Shown here: positions 14,129-28,829 of the stretch, piece after piece | Layout: each line of letters opens with the position of its first letter | Numbering within the stretch: position 1 is the stretch's first letter | DNA from: Enoplolaimus lenunculus | Lineage: Eukaryota | Direction of reading: 5' to 3' | DNA: 64,000 nt | Assembly (NCBI GenBank): GCA_030248215.1 | Contig: JASANG010002509.1 | Span: 558,001 to 622,000 of the forward strand | The notes under the pieces: generated by a model | What the model saw: the letters and a program-made list of their open reading frames with translations, nothing else | Told to the model about the DNA's origin: nothing | The model's database searches: none | Made by a program: the position numbers and the translations under genes

Positions 14129-14787
14129 CGTTGAAAAGGACTCATAAACCGTTTCGAGGTGGGACAAATTTACTATTTTAATTTGAACCATACAGCGATT
14201 GCAAATTCTGCTAATAGAAGCGTCTAACTGAGCCACTTAGCTAATTTAATTTCTCAAACCCAGGTTTATTTATGGTAGATTTAAACGTTAAACTGCACTT
14301 GGAACGCGGTGTTGGCAATTGAAGAGCTGGACTGTTGGTTTTTAAATTAACAAAGCGAATTTTAATATTAATTTACGTAAGTTACTGTCTCCACTGAATG
14401 TGTTCTGTTACCGATTGTATTTAGAGCTAACGGTGATTCTATCAAGAGCATACCTAATCTGAATTACAGGTAGCGTTCAAGTTCAACAGTAAAGGTCACT
14501 CCAAGCATCATGTTGGAAACCTAGTTTCTCATAAACCGGCTGTTATTTTGTTTCCGAATAATCGGATCAAATAGTTACCAAAACTGTTGACGCCTTCCAG
14601 GCCACTGACCAACTCGCCTTCAGGAGGGGTATACGAGTTTTCAACGACTTACAAGCAGGATTGAAAACTTTCAAAGTGGGCAAAATGTTTCAAGAGGGGC
14701 TCAGATTCCTGCCCCCTCCCCCTGGTTACGGGTCCCACTCTTTTACAACTTGATTTAATAGGCTTACTCTTGTTTCATCCTTCCCTT

Positions 14788-14948
14788 GGCCGATGTTACT
14801 TTTACGGCCGTAACTGTAGATTAAGCGTATTCCTAAGCCTAAGCCTAAAGCGTAAGCCTAAGCCTAAGCAAAAAATGTTGTCTAGAATGTAAACCTACTG
14901 TTTACAGGCCAACCAGAAACCGGGACGGCCCTAAAAGTAACATGGGCC
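14788..14948 (+). mobile_element. Merlin-like MITE family B copy
   Basis: CTTCCCTT|GGCCGATGTTACTTTT...AAAAGTAACATGGGCC|CTTCCCTT. Confidence 0.85.
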
Positions 14949-16185
14949 CTTCCCTTCATGCTGGGTATAACGCGATTGAATCATGCTACCGTTGACTATC
15001 GCTTCGGTGTATCGCGTACAAGACTCATTGTAAGTGGTTGCCTCGTCGCAAAAACTTTTCTTGTATACAGAGAAAAACAGCCGATCAGCCGATCATTGCA
15101 CACGGCCGAAACGCAGTCAAAGTATTGACTTGGGCGGGCTTGTAGCCAAGGAAGTTCCAGGGGGGCTCAGTTCCCCCTGAATACATTTTTGCCCCTCTAG
15201 AAGATTTTCAACCTTGCTTGTAAGTCATTGAAAACGTTTAAATGCCTCACCTGAAAAATTATAACCCCCTAACAAGGTGAGCTATCTACGGGCCTTGGCG
15301 TAGGGTACGCAAGTAAAATTCGGTTTAGAAATTTTGCAATCAAAGCTGCAACAGTGACAAATTTTCTCAATTTGTTACTCTATGCCTACCGGTACAAAAA
15401 TTGTTTACGAAAGCTGGGGGGTGCAACTTCACACCCGCTTACTCAAATAACCTGTTGGCGCCTATGGAACACGGTACGGTCTGACATTTATTCGATATCG
15501 TTTTCATTTGAAGTGATTCTGGTTTTGATTTTTGTTTTTAATAGTTGGCTGTAGCCGTGGTAAAGAGTTTATTTAGCATCGTATTGCACTTTTTTTCACA
15601 AGACACCGTCAAGCTGACAACTACAATGGAACAAGGTGGAACGTCGTTTCCGCCGACATTTTCGGTCGTCTTATCCGACAAATTTGTCAACTGCATTTAA
15701 ACAGTCTTATGGCAAAAAATATTTTTATTTTCTCTCCATAAAATCGGTGCATGTAAAGATCAGGGGCGCAACGGTTTCTGTGGGACTAGAAGAGAGTAAG
15801 CTTAAGCTTTAGACTGATTTTCTGCATGGGTTAGGCTTAGGCTTAGGAATATGCTCATTCTTACGCGAAGGCTTAGGCTTAGACTTAGGAATAAGCTTAT
15901 AGCACTGTTCCACCACTGTTCTTTACATTGGCCGATAAGTTGAACGTCTCCTCTTGTAACAATTATTTGTTGCGGGCATCGAAACAGTGCGAGTAAAAGG
16001 GCTAAACGGTCTGATAGTTAATACTGTCAGCTCGAAGAAATCCATTAATAGGGCAAGTTTCTGGTCAGTTGTAATAGAAGTGTTGTATTTACAATAATTA
16101 GACACACATTTCTGTAGTGCCAGAGCCAGGGAATCAACGAAATTGGGAGATGATTATTTTTCCTCCGATCATGTACGCAAATACA

Positions 16186-16438
16186 CTGTATATTCTAGTG
16201 AGTTGATTTTAACTCAGAATGAATTCCATAACTCAGTCTGAGTTATACGACTGTCACAACTCGTAATTCTGAGTTGATGCAACTTACTCTGATTTAATAA
16301 TCAACTTTCCCGGAATGAATTCAACTTAGGTTGAGAATTAACTCAACTCAGAGTGAGTTAAAATTTTTACTGTTATTAAGTAGGAAATAAATAACTTTCC
16401 GTCTGAGTTGATTAATTAACTCATTGGAATTTACAGTG
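16186..16438. mobile_element. Fold-back MITE (CACTGTA termini, TA flanks)
   Basis: TA|CACTGTATATTCTAGTGAGTTGA...TAACTCATTGGAATTTACAGTG|TA with internal AACTCA/TGAGTT repeats. Confidence 0.7.
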
Positions 16439-19400
16439 TAGTTTTTCTGAGGCTCAAAATGAGTTTTGTTGCAAAATATGAGAGAAATAATAGCAACGTT
16501 GTGCGCAACTCAGATTTAAAATTTTCTTAAAATATCAATAAATTTGCTGAAAACGCGGTGTAAAATTGTAAAATTTTGGCATACAAAAACATCTTTCAAA
16601 CCCAAAAACTGCTGAATCGGCCACGGTGTTTTTTGCCAATTTTACTCATAAAATGGTGCAGATTGACTGTCTCGTGTTAGGATCGCGACCAATTTAAGTA
16701 AAGCATTTTATTGTTGCAGCAAAATTTGTTTATAACCCAAAGAATGGCATGGAAACTTACAGATGATATTTAATTATATATGTTGTAGCCCAAGTCCTAC
16801 TTCAGCCCGATTACGAATTGGGCTAGTCCAAAGCGGAATTGTGCGTTTCCTAATTGGTTACTTGATAATCGTAATCCTGCTTGATCCCACTTTGCTCCGT
16901 AAAACAAACTGTTAGGTAGCCAATAGCTGGCGATAATTTTGTCAATCAGAAAAAAGTATTCGCGTCACCCAATCGTATTTGTGTATAGTATTAAGGTAGT
17001 AACCAATCACAAAGCGGGCACATGTCGCATAAAAAGAATTACGCCGTACGCTAGCCCAAGTAGTAATTACGCCCTGGGCTTGCCCAATTGGGAATTGGCC
17101 TAAATTACGACTTTTGCAACGACATATATACATATGACTATATACTCACGGCGTCAAAACACCATTTCTTTCTTTTGAATTTAGCAATCCTGTCTTAGCA
17201 AATTTACGGTCTGATAAAAATTTTTTGCACTTATCGACTGTATTGTACCAGAATACAACCTGAGGTAAAAAAACGATAACAGGAGGTCATAAAATTTTGC
17301 TCCACATCGTCTGTCCGAGCTGGAGCCAGATGTAGACCATAACAAAATTGTATTACACGTTTAACTGTTTCCTAGTCTCACCAAAATAGATATAAGTCAC
17401 TAAAGGTCTAAAAGATTGTTATAAACGACCGATGGGACGTCTAAAGATCAATATCTTGGCCAGTCTGTAACCCGGCCGGTGACCACAATACACACAAGCG
17501 CCATTAGGCATACTTTTTTTAGTTTGTGCCATCAGGGACAATTAATGCTCGTACAAATTTATTGTTATTTTTTAAGTTAACCGCATACTGCAAACTGCTT
17601 TACCTTGAATCGTATAAAACTGCAATATTCGAACGGTATGTTGTGGGTTAATTTCGGGTAGTTTACGAAACACGTTTATCTAGGCGTAAAATGAAATTTC
17701 AATGAAAGTTTAACGGCACTATAAATCTAAGGGCCAATGTTCCTTTTCGGCCTTTACAGTAGATTAAGCGTATTTCTAAACCTAATGCCTAAGCCTAAGC
17801 GTTGCAAAAGCGTGTTTCTAAGCCAAAGCCTAAGCCTGAGCAAAAACAATAGCCTAGAATATAAGCCTACTCTTTCACAGACCCATAACAAACGGGGACG
17901 GCCCATAAAATAACATGGGCCGATCTAAGTATAGTCGTAGAAGTCAAACTTGGTGCTGTTTTGACTAAAATTTCAACTGAAAACATCAATTTAGAACCTG
18001 TTTGTAAAATTGGAAAAAAAAACTAGCAGCCAAGGTTTAGAACAGGGCCGGAACAGTAGTACAAGCTTATTCCTAAGCCTAATCCTAGCCTAAGCATAGG
18101 CGTAAGCGTAAGAATGAGTCTATACCTTAGCCAAAGCCTAAGCCTAAGCCTAAGCAAAAAATTAGTCTAAAGCTTAAGCTTACTCTATTACAGTCGCACC
18201 GGAAAACGTTCCGTTCCTGTTCTATACATGGGCCAACCAATCATAACGTTTTATAAAAGTTAAGCATTACCTATTTTTTCCTGGCGGTATATATGAATAT
18301 ATTTTCGGCGATCACCGCTTGAATCACAGATACAGTAGCGACTGTAACAAGCGTTTAAAGACAATTGTTTTTGTGTTAACTTTAGAGTGTTAAACTCCAT
18401 TCACACATGCTAGTTGTTGCAACAAAAACTTGCACGGCAACTTGCAATTTCTAAGTTTGGTCACAAAACAGCTTTGAAGTTTTGCAGCGCAAATTATTCA
18501 CTGGAATTCATGCTATTGAATTTAATTCGCACCTGTGAACGCAGTTGCATGTCACTTGAATTTTTTGCAACCTGTAGTTTGATTGGTCAATCGGAATGTT
18601 CGTTTGAACATACTTACAGCTGCAAGTATTTCATGCGAGGTGCAGCTGCAAAGCATTCAATTTTAATTGATGTTTACATTTTAAGTTTATCTGTATACCC
18701 GAGTTAAACGGACTGTTTGTTTCGAAACCTCTAGCATATTTCCAGCCAGTGGTAACTGTTATAGGTTATATTACCTTTATTTATAAAATTGGCCTCTATT
18801 AAGTCTCACAAATCGCTGTTTTTGATGTCTTCAAATCGTATTGCCAGATTTTGTTACAATTGACTAAAACCAGTAAATTGCAAAAACTGCTATTTAATTC
18901 ATACGACAATAAATCGAATCGTCTATAAAAGGCAGCCAAACCTAAGCCTAAGCGTTGCAAAAACGTATTTCTAAGCCTAAGCCTAAGCCTATGCCTAAGC
19001 GTTGCAGAAACGTATTCCTAAGCCTAAGCCTAAACCTAAGCATAAGCCTAAGCAAAAAAATGTAACCTAAAATCTAATCCTACACTTTTATAGACCCACC
19101 AGAAACCTGGACGACCCTTAAAGTAACACGAGCCAAAGACTGTAATCAACGAACACGAGTGACCGCTTGTAACCAAAATAAAACGTCGGTGCAAGCATAA
19201 AACCGTTTCGTTGTTTTAAATTTTTTGAAAATCAATACTCCCCCATAACGTATTAAAATTTGATTTTAAAGCCAAAATTTGAATGAGTAAATAATTTTAT
19301 GTCTGTATAAAAATTCGCTTCATTTTACAATATACGCAAATTACAGCGTTAATACTGACGCTTGCTCGTATGAAAGCTGCCACGCTTTAAAAGGTCAAAA

Positions 19401-19544
19401 AACTGCCAACCGCAGAAACTCCCAACAGGCTCAACAAAACTCTCATACATCAATGTCTTCATGATGGTGTAGATAAAGCAATAAAAATTTCAGCCCGTGT
19501 TGCTTTAAGGGACGTCCAGGTTTCTCGTGGGTTAAATAAAAAAG

Positions 19545-19809
19545 TAGGTTTAGATTCTAGATTACTACATTTTTTTGCTTTGGCTTAGGCTTAAGAATAC
19601 GCTTAATCTACTGTTACGCCCCGAAAAGTAACATTAGCCAAAATGTCAAAAACGATTGTAGTTTGTGATTTTTAACGTAGGTTTAGATTCTAGATTACTA
19701 CATTTTTTTGCTTTGGCTTAGGCTTAAGAATACGCTTAATCTACTGTTACGCCCCGAAAAGTAACATTGGCCAAAATGTCAATAACGATTGTAGTTTGTG
19801 ATTTTTAAC
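19545..19809. repeat. Tandem duplication of about 132 bp covering part of a family B MITE and its flank
   Basis: GTAGGTTTAGATTCTAGATTACTAC...GTTTGTGATTTTTAAC occurs twice. Confidence 0.85.
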
Positions 19810-22349
19810 AAAAACAGTATAATTTAATAATAAAACCTGAGTCACGCTAAAATCCAATCAGCTCTCATTAAACGTGGCATTCGCGAAATGGGTAACAGCT
19901 CATTGGTTAACCGCTCCGTAAAAAATACAAGCCGTATCATTCAAGCCTGCAGTTCTATAATTCAACTCCAAAGACGGATCCAAAAGGGCAATGTAGGTAT
20001 TGCCCCACCATACGGGGTTTGAATTCACGAATTAGTGCAAAAATTTACCATTAAACTGGCGTTTGCCTTATTGCTTATTTTGCTGACATGTAGATTTTTA
20101 TGCTACTATACACAACGTGCCCCATGTCAGAAATTTGTGAATCTAGCTTATTATGCACAGTCACGGTACAACGCTTAGGGAGTGCGGGGGGTTCCAAATC
20201 GTGTAGGAATCAAATGATTCAGTGCTTAGCTCGGTCAAAAAAACTGGCTAGGACACATGCTGAAAAATATCGAAACACTTCTATAGACCAGTAAATTTGA
20301 GTCAAAATTGATTTCCAAGCCCCGTATTGAAAAATATTGCCGTTATTGGTATTAAACTTAAAGTTCTACACACACATTGGCTTTTTCTGGTCGGTCGCTC
20401 AAACAATCCCCTTATGTCAATAATGTTTTTCTTTACAAAAGCTTTATTTGATTTTGGTTGATGTGCTGTTGAACGCGTCTTCGAAACACTTTAGTGTGTT
20501 TGGCTTGCATGACGATAGAATCTTCTGCGAAACGAGTTATGCTAATAGATTTTAGACTACATTTCTTTGCTTATAGGTTTAGGCTTTTAGGGATACACTT
20601 TTTCGATGCTTTAGCTTAGGCATAGGAATACCCTTAATCTTCTGTGACGGCTCTTAAAGGTCGCAAGAATCTTTTATATCTATAACGCTGGGCCCTAGGC
20701 CAAGTTGTAATTTAATTATGGTAAAACTCGTGCACACGTTTTTCTCAACGGCCAGATGTCTGACATAGGTTATGCTTACACCCTACTAAAAGGTCTTTTT
20801 CTTAAATAAATTGGCAGAGGGGAATATATCAAGATACATCTCTGTATGCCCCTGATCCAGAGGGAGAAATAAATATTAATAGAACTTCGTTGTCAACATT
20901 AGTAATATTTGTATTCGTTTGAACTTGAAGCTATTTTCTTGCTAAGGTTAATACTTAAATATTGAATCAAAAATGTGAGCGTCAAAGTATATAAAATGTT
21001 TTGTGCCATGTGTGATTTTGCACTTTTTAACAGAAAAATTTCAATACAGGAATTACCGTTTCTTAGTGTTGCTTTTTGCAGCTAATACGGTGATAACGGT
21101 CCATGTATAGAACAGGGTCGGGTCGTTTATTGCACGGCTGTAATGGAGTCAGTTTAAGCTTTAGACTAATTTTTTTGCTTATGCTTACGCTTAGGTTTAG
21201 GATTGGGTATATTATTTCACTGTTTCGGCCCTGTTCTATACATGGACCGTGATAACTTTTTCTTAAGAAAAAACCGTAGTACTGCAAGCAGGCCTATAGC
21301 CAGGTCATTTTGCTCGGAGGGACAAAAGCTTTTTCAGGAGGAGCGCATGCAAGGGTTTTTGCTGGTTTTACAAGCAAGGTTGAAAATTTACTTGGAGGTT
21401 TAGTCTTGGCTACGTTCCCGACTTTGAGTCAGTACTTCATTATTTGAATTCAAAACATTGAAGTAATATATGATAACCACGTAAAGAACGGTAATTTAAT
21501 TATTTATGATAAAATGTTTTCATTATTAGTATGCTAGCGTTACCTCCAATTATGCTACTTTAAATCTTTAATTTAAAATCAAATTTACTATTGTACCAAG
21601 ATATATTATAAAATAAAGTTACTTGCGTTTATACATCATTGAAAACTTAAATATTCATTAAATTAAGGTGTTAAATTTGTTCAGTTTTAAAACAGATTTC
21701 TAGCACCATTCAAGCGTTATAAACATTTAAGTGTTCTTAAAAATAAATTTGCAATGGTAGCCTTTTTAGGCATAACTCGTAAACAGTTCTTCTAGATAAA
21801 CATTATTTAGTAATAGTATATACGCTGTATAAAAGCTTAAACTAAACTTGATTTAGCTTAAGCCAATCCAACAATATTAAACTAACTTTCTAGATGAACT
21901 AAACTACCATGTACATTTACTCTTAAATTCATCTAAAATCCGGAAGAATATGTCATAAAAAATTTGCTAATTTCACATCACACTTTATTGCTTACATGAG
22001 CTTCATTCTTGTGCTATAATTCACATATTTAAACATTAAAGCTGGTGTGCCCCACATACCTATTTTAAGCAACTTTCCAGCATTACATTGTTTTACGATA
22101 TTTTCTTCTAACAGAAACGTGATTGGTCTGTGAAAACATAATTTGCATGCAGATTTTTCTTTTTTCGCTAACTTTTGCGCATTGCGCAAAGCCGTCTGAC
22201 TTGTAAATACACCTTATTTGTGTACCTATACCATGCCACATTTTTGAGATTCCTATCATAGTCAAGGACGACAAAATTGCGCCGCTCCGGTTTTAAAGGT
22301 TCTATCATCATGTAATTATGCTAAATAAATATTTATGTAAACACAAAAT

Positions 22350-22521
22350 GGCCGGTGTAAAGAACACGGGCGGAACAGTATTATAAGCATATTCCTAAGC
22401 CTAAGCCTAAGCCTACGCATAAGCCTAAGCCTAAAGCCAGGCAAAAAATGAGTGTAAAGCTTAAGCTTACTTTATTGCAGTCCCACAGAAAAACGTTCCG
22501 CCCGCGATCTTTACACGGGCC
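22350..22521 (+). mobile_element. Merlin-like MITE family A copy with perfect 8-bp TSD
   Basis: CACAAAAT|GGCCGGTGTAAAGA...TCTTTACACGGGCC|CACAAAAT with internal GCCTAA repeats. Confidence 0.85.
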
Positions 22522-23097
22522 CACAAAATGAACGTTTATGCGTAGAGATAACAGGTTTAATTACTAATTCTACACCGTTTTTAAGAACCTTATTAAGCAA
22601 TTATCAAATATACCTCAGTGTTTGTGTAATTACTAAATTTTTAATTTTGCAGAACGCGCTGCATGTTATCGAGTTTGCGTTTGCTTGTAAGCACAAAAGC
22701 ATCGTACTGTTAATAAGAGTTTTGAGTTTATAAATTTTCAATATGGCCTACATTTGGTTTTTAGGTTCGATTTTACTGTATGACGACGTAGTTGCTAAAC
22801 AGAATATGTGCTGTATTATTCGATCGCATGACTCTGCTGGTGTACTAGAACACCGCCAATCGGGTTGGGAGCATTTTGGAAACGAATGAAGGGTTCCTTG
22901 AAAAATCAGAATTGACGACCGATTGGGATCCGAAACCTCTGTTATTTTTGTAATTCGTAGTTCAGAAATACCCTCGTTTGTTTTTGGTAAAATTTCATTT
23001 GTTTACCTATTCGACTGCTATGACTGCGCTCTGTTGATTAATAACTAAAAATATTTCGATAGCACGATATGCAAATTCCTAACTTAGACTGAACTAC

Positions 23098-23446
23098 TCT
23101 CTAAAAACTTAGACTTAATTTATAGCGTAATTAAACTTGAATATTAGTTTTAGTAAAACTTAAATGGCTGGACGGACTAACTGAACTAGAATTTTAAGTT
23201 TTACTTAAACTAATGTGATTTTACGTTTAACACGAGTTTAAATAAACTTATTTTTAGTTTAAGTAACAAGTTCAGCCTAGAAATCGTGTGTAACTAAGAG
23301 GTTAAGCTTAGCTTAAACTAAAAATATGCAAGATTTCAGACGAGTTTAAGCGTAAATCTGCATGTTCGTTAAGTTAATCTAGAAAGTAGTTTAACACTGC
23401 TGAATTATTTTGAACTTAATTCAAATTAGTTTAAGCTTTTAGAGAG
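23098..23446. mobile_element. Fold-back MITE (CTCTCTAAAA termini)
   Basis: TA|CTCTCTAAAAACTTAGACT...AGTTTAAGCTTTTAGAGAG|TA. A related fragment lies near 21820-21910. Confidence 0.65.
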
Positions 23447-23598
23447 TAACCCGTGTAAGATATGACATTTACTTGATATCAAACTTAACTTTCTTGCTGT
23501 CGAAGAAACTTGTCAGTAAATGTTCTTCTAACGCCCGTATGAAATTGCGAGACCAACTATTAACAGGGTAAACATTTCTCCCGCTGACTTCAAAGCTA

Positions 23599-23830
23599 CA
23601 CTGCAAAAAAAATGGTGAGTCAAATTGCCTCTCTCCAAAATAGGCTCTACGGGACTGCGCAACCTGAGTCAAATTCGGCTCCGCCGGTGTCAAATTCGAC
23701 GCACACGAGTCGCTCGTGATTCGAATTTGACTCTGATGGAGTCGAATTTTCCGAATTTTGACTCAGTTTGTGTAGTCCCGAAAAGCCTATTTCGGAGAGA
23801 GTCAATTTGAGTCACCGTTTTTTTGCAGTG
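23599..23830. mobile_element. Fold-back MITE with CACTGCAAAAAA termini and TA flanks. Other copies 7685-7826, 9819-10036, 10316-10524, 12046-12204, 12429-12624, 29788-29995, 30147-30377, 30986-31042 (partial)
   Basis: Long imperfect palindrome built of GAGTCAAATT/AATTTGACTC units, with TA|CACTG...CAGTG|TA ends. Confidence 0.85.
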
Positions 23831-26800
23831 TACAAACCGTTTTTGTTATGTTAGCGTGTTTTATGAAACATTGAAACCTGCAGCGTTTCTTAAGCCATGA
23901 TGCCCATCAAATGAAAAATAGATCCCCGACGAGGAATGTTTTTGCTAATGGAAAAGTCTGAAACCATATTAAGACGGCTCCTATCCACAAGCCGGTCGCC
24001 CTATGGATGAAATTTAAACCGGTATACTGCCAACGGTTGCGTTGGGCCACAAGTTTATGATTGCATATGCGGTTTAATATTATTTCCAAGATTTAGATTT
24101 GTACAAGACTGCGCATAAATATGTCAACAATAAAAAACGTGCGTTTAAAAGCAAAGACCTCAAAAATACGAGTATAATTCGAAAGTAAAATGATGATTTT
24201 TGCAGTGAACAGTGTGCATCTGGACACATTCTGTGTAGAAAAGTATGTACCCGTCACGCGTTGCGTTTTTGCCCTACCGATTTTATTTAGAGGGGATGTA
24301 CAACCGGTTCGATCCATGACAGTTTATGTATGCGGCATCAAAAATGGTGCCCTGACCCCCTCTAAGCAAAAGTAGGTCGGCCAAAAACGCAACGCCCGGT
24401 GGCAAATATTGTACCAAACGCGACCACAAGAGTTGCACTCTCTTGTCATTATCCACTCTTGGTCGTAGTATACGTTAATATGGTTTGATTGCAAGCAAAC
24501 TGTTGCGTTTCTTTTCGTCAGCCATATGAAACAACTACGTCTCACTTACCCGATGCCAGTTTTATATTTTAGTATTTGAAATTTATGGTAAAATTTTCGA
24601 CGTACATGATGTCATTACAATAAGATAAGCATGCGTGTTTCACGGTCGACTTGCATTTTTAAAAATACGTGGCATATTGCATCAACGCTAAAAACAAACT
24701 TGTTAATTCGCACAACAATTAGCAGTACATATTAACTTTTATAGTCCTACATCCTAGTCTAAATTTAAGTACTTACTAAAAATCGGATACTGATGTGGAA
24801 TTCATGCTTAATTGTGTACGCATTGTGTAAGAAGTACACAATGCGTAGGATACGTAGCTAAAATGTCTGTTTGAATTACAAGCGTCGGTGGATCCAGAAA
24901 TTTTTGACAGATGGACGGTGCTGACAAAAGTTATGAAACGCAAATTTTACTGTTTTATGTCGTATATGTGACAATTTTCTGAATTGGAAAAACTGTATAA
25001 GGTATTCGAGACCTTACCATTTTATATTATAAAATTTTTTGACGGTGGGGGTGTGGAGTATACACCCCTTCTCCCTCTGGATCCACTAGTGATTACAAGT
25101 AAGGCTTGTTGTCAGGCATACCATATCGATGACGAATTTGCATCAGAATAACTGGATATCTTTGCTCTACGATTTTACGAAATTTCAGTTATCCTACGCA
25201 GATAAATGCTTGGACTTTATAATTCAACTTTATTTATTATTAGAGTTTTTAGGTAAATATGCCTTTCTCTGTGGGCTGAGTTTTCAGGAAAATTTTTCCG
25301 CATAATCATTTGTTGCGTAGGTGCAAAGCAAATTCACAATTTGAAACAAAATATTTAAATCCGGCCCAAAAAATTTTTGGCCAATGCTACTTTAACGGGC
25401 GTAACAGTAGATTAAGTGTATTTCTAAGCCTAAGTCTAAGCGGTGCAAAAATGTGTTCCTCAGCTTAGGCATGAACCTAAGCAAGACAATATAATCTAGA
25501 ATCTAAACCGTACTCTTTCATAGACCCACCAGAACGCCCCATAAAGTAACATGGGCAAAATATTTTATATAATTCCACAATTATAACTAATCCTTGTTCA
25601 TTTTTGTACTGCAAGCATGTTTTTAGTACTCTGACAGAGAGAATTGTATTTCAAATAACATTCAAGTTTGCATTGATGGGTTCAGTGCAATTCTGTAACA
25701 TAAACAGCTTAAGTAAACCATGAGTAAATTGATTACAGTTGGGTGGACCAAAAAAATTATAACGAGCACAAAACAATTTTTTCGCCTATGTTCAACAGAA
25801 ACAATGTAGTCAACGCTTTTTAAGCTCTATTCACACGTGCAAGCTTTTGCAGCAAAAACTAGCACATGCTAGTTGCAAGTGCAAATTTGGTCACTAAACA
25901 ACTTTGAAGTTCTCGAAGCTGCAAATTATTTACTGGAATACGTGATAATAAATCAGATTTGCACGCATGAACGCAGTTGAAAGTCGTTTGAATTTCTTGC
26001 ACCTGCATTTTGATTGGCCAATCAGATACTGTGTTGCTTGGCGGTTCTTGAGTTAATTCATTCTTTTTGAGTTTAATCAAGAACTTTGAATTTCAAATAT
26101 CAAACTTGCTTGATATATTCCAGTATAGGGCGCTTGTGACGTGTCTTGTTTTTTTTTATTTTTAAGCACTAAATAGAAATTGTGTCAGGATTAAAGCGTT
26201 TTAAAGTAATGCATTTTAATAGTAGAGTCATCTCTACGCATGATTATTGCTTGCAGCTGAAACTTGCAGCTGAAATTTGCAGCTGAATCTTGCAGCTGAC
26301 ACTTTTTTCAAAAATTCGATAGAAAAACTTCCAGCTGCAGTTAATTATTCATGATGAATATACGCCAAGAATTAATTCAACAGTATTAATTGCCTTGCAA
26401 GTCGAATTAATTCATCATCATTGGCTGAACAGATAATTTAAAGCTTACACTTGATATTAATTACAGTAGTCTGTAAATTATTCACATAAATTCATCTCAA
26501 GATTCATACTGAAAGTGATGTTTCCTTGCAAATTCTTGCAGCTGCAATAAACTCGTTCAAGTTGCAACTGTGAGTTCTCGCTGCAAAAACTTGACGATGA
26601 CAATGATGCTTTACGATTACACTTTTTATACCGCCCTGAGATTCCATTGGGTTGTAAAGTTGGCCCAACAATTGCCGTTTGAAACATATTTTGCGTTTTG
26701 TTATTTTTACTTTGTAACGAATAGTAGTTTATCAAATGATGTTGCCAATCAATTTTGAATGTAAACACATTACCGTTACCGATTTTAACGCAAAAATAAC

Positions 26801-27087
26801 ATTTGTGTATGCTCGCTCTCTGAGATGCATTTTAAATTTTAAAACGGACTATGAAATGCGAACGCTTTCAACGACTGAATGTATATGTTTACAATAGGTG
26901 ATTGTGTATTTTTGAGCACACTATTGCCATTATAAGATATAGCAATCAACTACGTTTTCAAGTTTTAAGGAAATTTAAAAGATTAGCATGAGTTTTGCAA
27001 GGCTACGGCGTAAATACGGCCCTTAAGTTCAGGTTACTGTGAGTCTAGTTAGGAAAACCGGAATTTCAGACCTTTCTACTACGCGGC

Positions 27088-27295
27088 TGGAAAAGCGGGA
27101 CTCCGATACGGGATCGAACGCTCGGCCTACGGATCTTTAAGCGAACACTGTACCACTACGCCACATAGCCCGCATTTGCAACTGCATTTTTCGTCGACTA
27201 TATGTGTCGACTGTATGCTACCAGCTAGCGTACATACAGTACACTGCACTATATTGCATGTGCGCATAACGGACAAGCATGTCTCGCATGCTTAC
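27088..27295 (-). repeat. Dispersed repeat with an internal tRNA-like (A/B box) segment. Related copies 58150-58350, 58470-58580, 59450-59610, 50405-50456
   Basis: Minus strand reads TGGCGTAGTGG...GTTCGATCCC, preceded by a conserved GAGACATGCTTGTCC...GTCGAC..ATAGTCGACGAAAAATGCAGTTG leader. No intact acceptor stem. Confidence 0.6.
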
Positions 27296-27921
27296 ACTTA
27301 CATTGCCGTGAAAGCCATGTACGATTTTTATGCCCAATTCACAATAATTTTGCCAACGGTGCAACAAAATCTGTTATTGGTTTGCTGACCTATCACTAGG
27401 TCATTTTGAAAATGGTAAACGACCTCGTGGTAGTTGTAGTGTTGGAAAGGTTTTGTGGCACTTTTGGACAAAATATTGTGAACGGTGCATATAACAAATT
27501 TGTGTTAATATTTCGCGTATTAAGCTACGTACTCGACCCACACTATCACGCATGAGACAGTTGGAAAAATAAATGGGCATCGCTCGTTTGCATCTTCTTC
27601 CTTTAATTTTTACTCTTAGAGCCCAGGGCTATCACGTGCTCGTTTTGAAAATGACCTCGTGATAGCGCTGTGGGCTATAGCATATTTTGTGGCATCGTTG
27701 ACAAAATTATTGTGAACAGCGCATAAATGTTGCAGTTGCAGTTGTGAGTTGTTAATTAATTAGCATAAGCAACATTGCGATATTTGAAATTCATTTTTAT
27801 GCTGTCTTTAATATTCGAATCGACATTTAACATTATTTAAATGAGTTAAGGCTTCTTATGTGTTACATAATTGGTGATCAAGACGAGCTCGTAGCCAGAG
27901 GGTGGTATAGTAGGCTCAGTC

Positions 27922-28328
27922 GGTGAAGGTACAAAATCTGGACCCTCTCCAAGGAATTTAACAAAAGTGGCCTAGATCTCTACAAGCTGAGTTCAACGGT
28001 ACCACATTTATGGCTGCATGACCAACGATTCAAAAGTTATGGCCCTTGAAATTATAGCTCAAACGCGCACAGATTTGAAGAGAAAGTATCCATCATTTAC
28101 ATGTTCGTTATAAAACTCAACCAGGTTTAATTCGTTATACAAATTTGAGTGACACTTCTACACATGTTTTACATAGTGAAAAGTTTAAGTTTAAAGAACA
28201 AAAACTATTGAACCGACGGTCCTACAGCCGTAAAAATGGTACTGCTGAACTCAAATCGCAGAAATCTATAAAATAAACTGTTTTTCATAAAATTACTATT
28301 GGGGGAGTCCATTTTCCGTACCTCCGCC
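27922..28328. mobile_element. Merlin-like palindromic MITE, third family
   Basis: GGTGAAGGTACAAAATCTGGAC...GTCCATTTTCCGTACCTCCGCC with a perfect 8-bp TSD GCTCAGTC and inner inverted repeats. Confidence 0.75.
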
Positions 28329-28829
28329 GCTCAGTCCACCTTACAATATTTGTAATCTTGCATGGAAAACCCTTGCAGGCCCATTTCGAAAAAAAATTTT
28401 CAGCCTCCAGCCGCGTTAGCAAGGCGAGCTGTGTACGTGCCCGGATCCAGATTGCGAATTTAAACTCAAATATGCCGCTTAATCTTCGAGTTCATACAAG
28501 AAATGTGCAACGGAATTGAAAGTTTTACTCGAGTTGTCATTGCAAGCATTATAAACCACACTCGTACACTGCATACTAAACAATATTTAGCGAGTGCATG
28601 CATTTTGCAGAAATTTCTGAAATTTTTTTTTCAAAAAATGTAACAAAATACAGGACGTGAGCGCGATGCTTTGGATTCATTTTGTCGACTTTTTTAAACT
28701 TGTTGTATATACAGCGTTTCAGTGGTAATTCATAAAAAATCAATTTTTTTAACTTCACGTTTTACACGAGAAACTACCACAGGATATATTATCTTAAATT
28801 TCAAATTTTATCTAATCGCTTATGCTGAT

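Noticed and set aside
18955..19055. True telomere or telomere-addition site
   Set aside because: The arrays are short, degenerate and always enclosed by MITE sequence.
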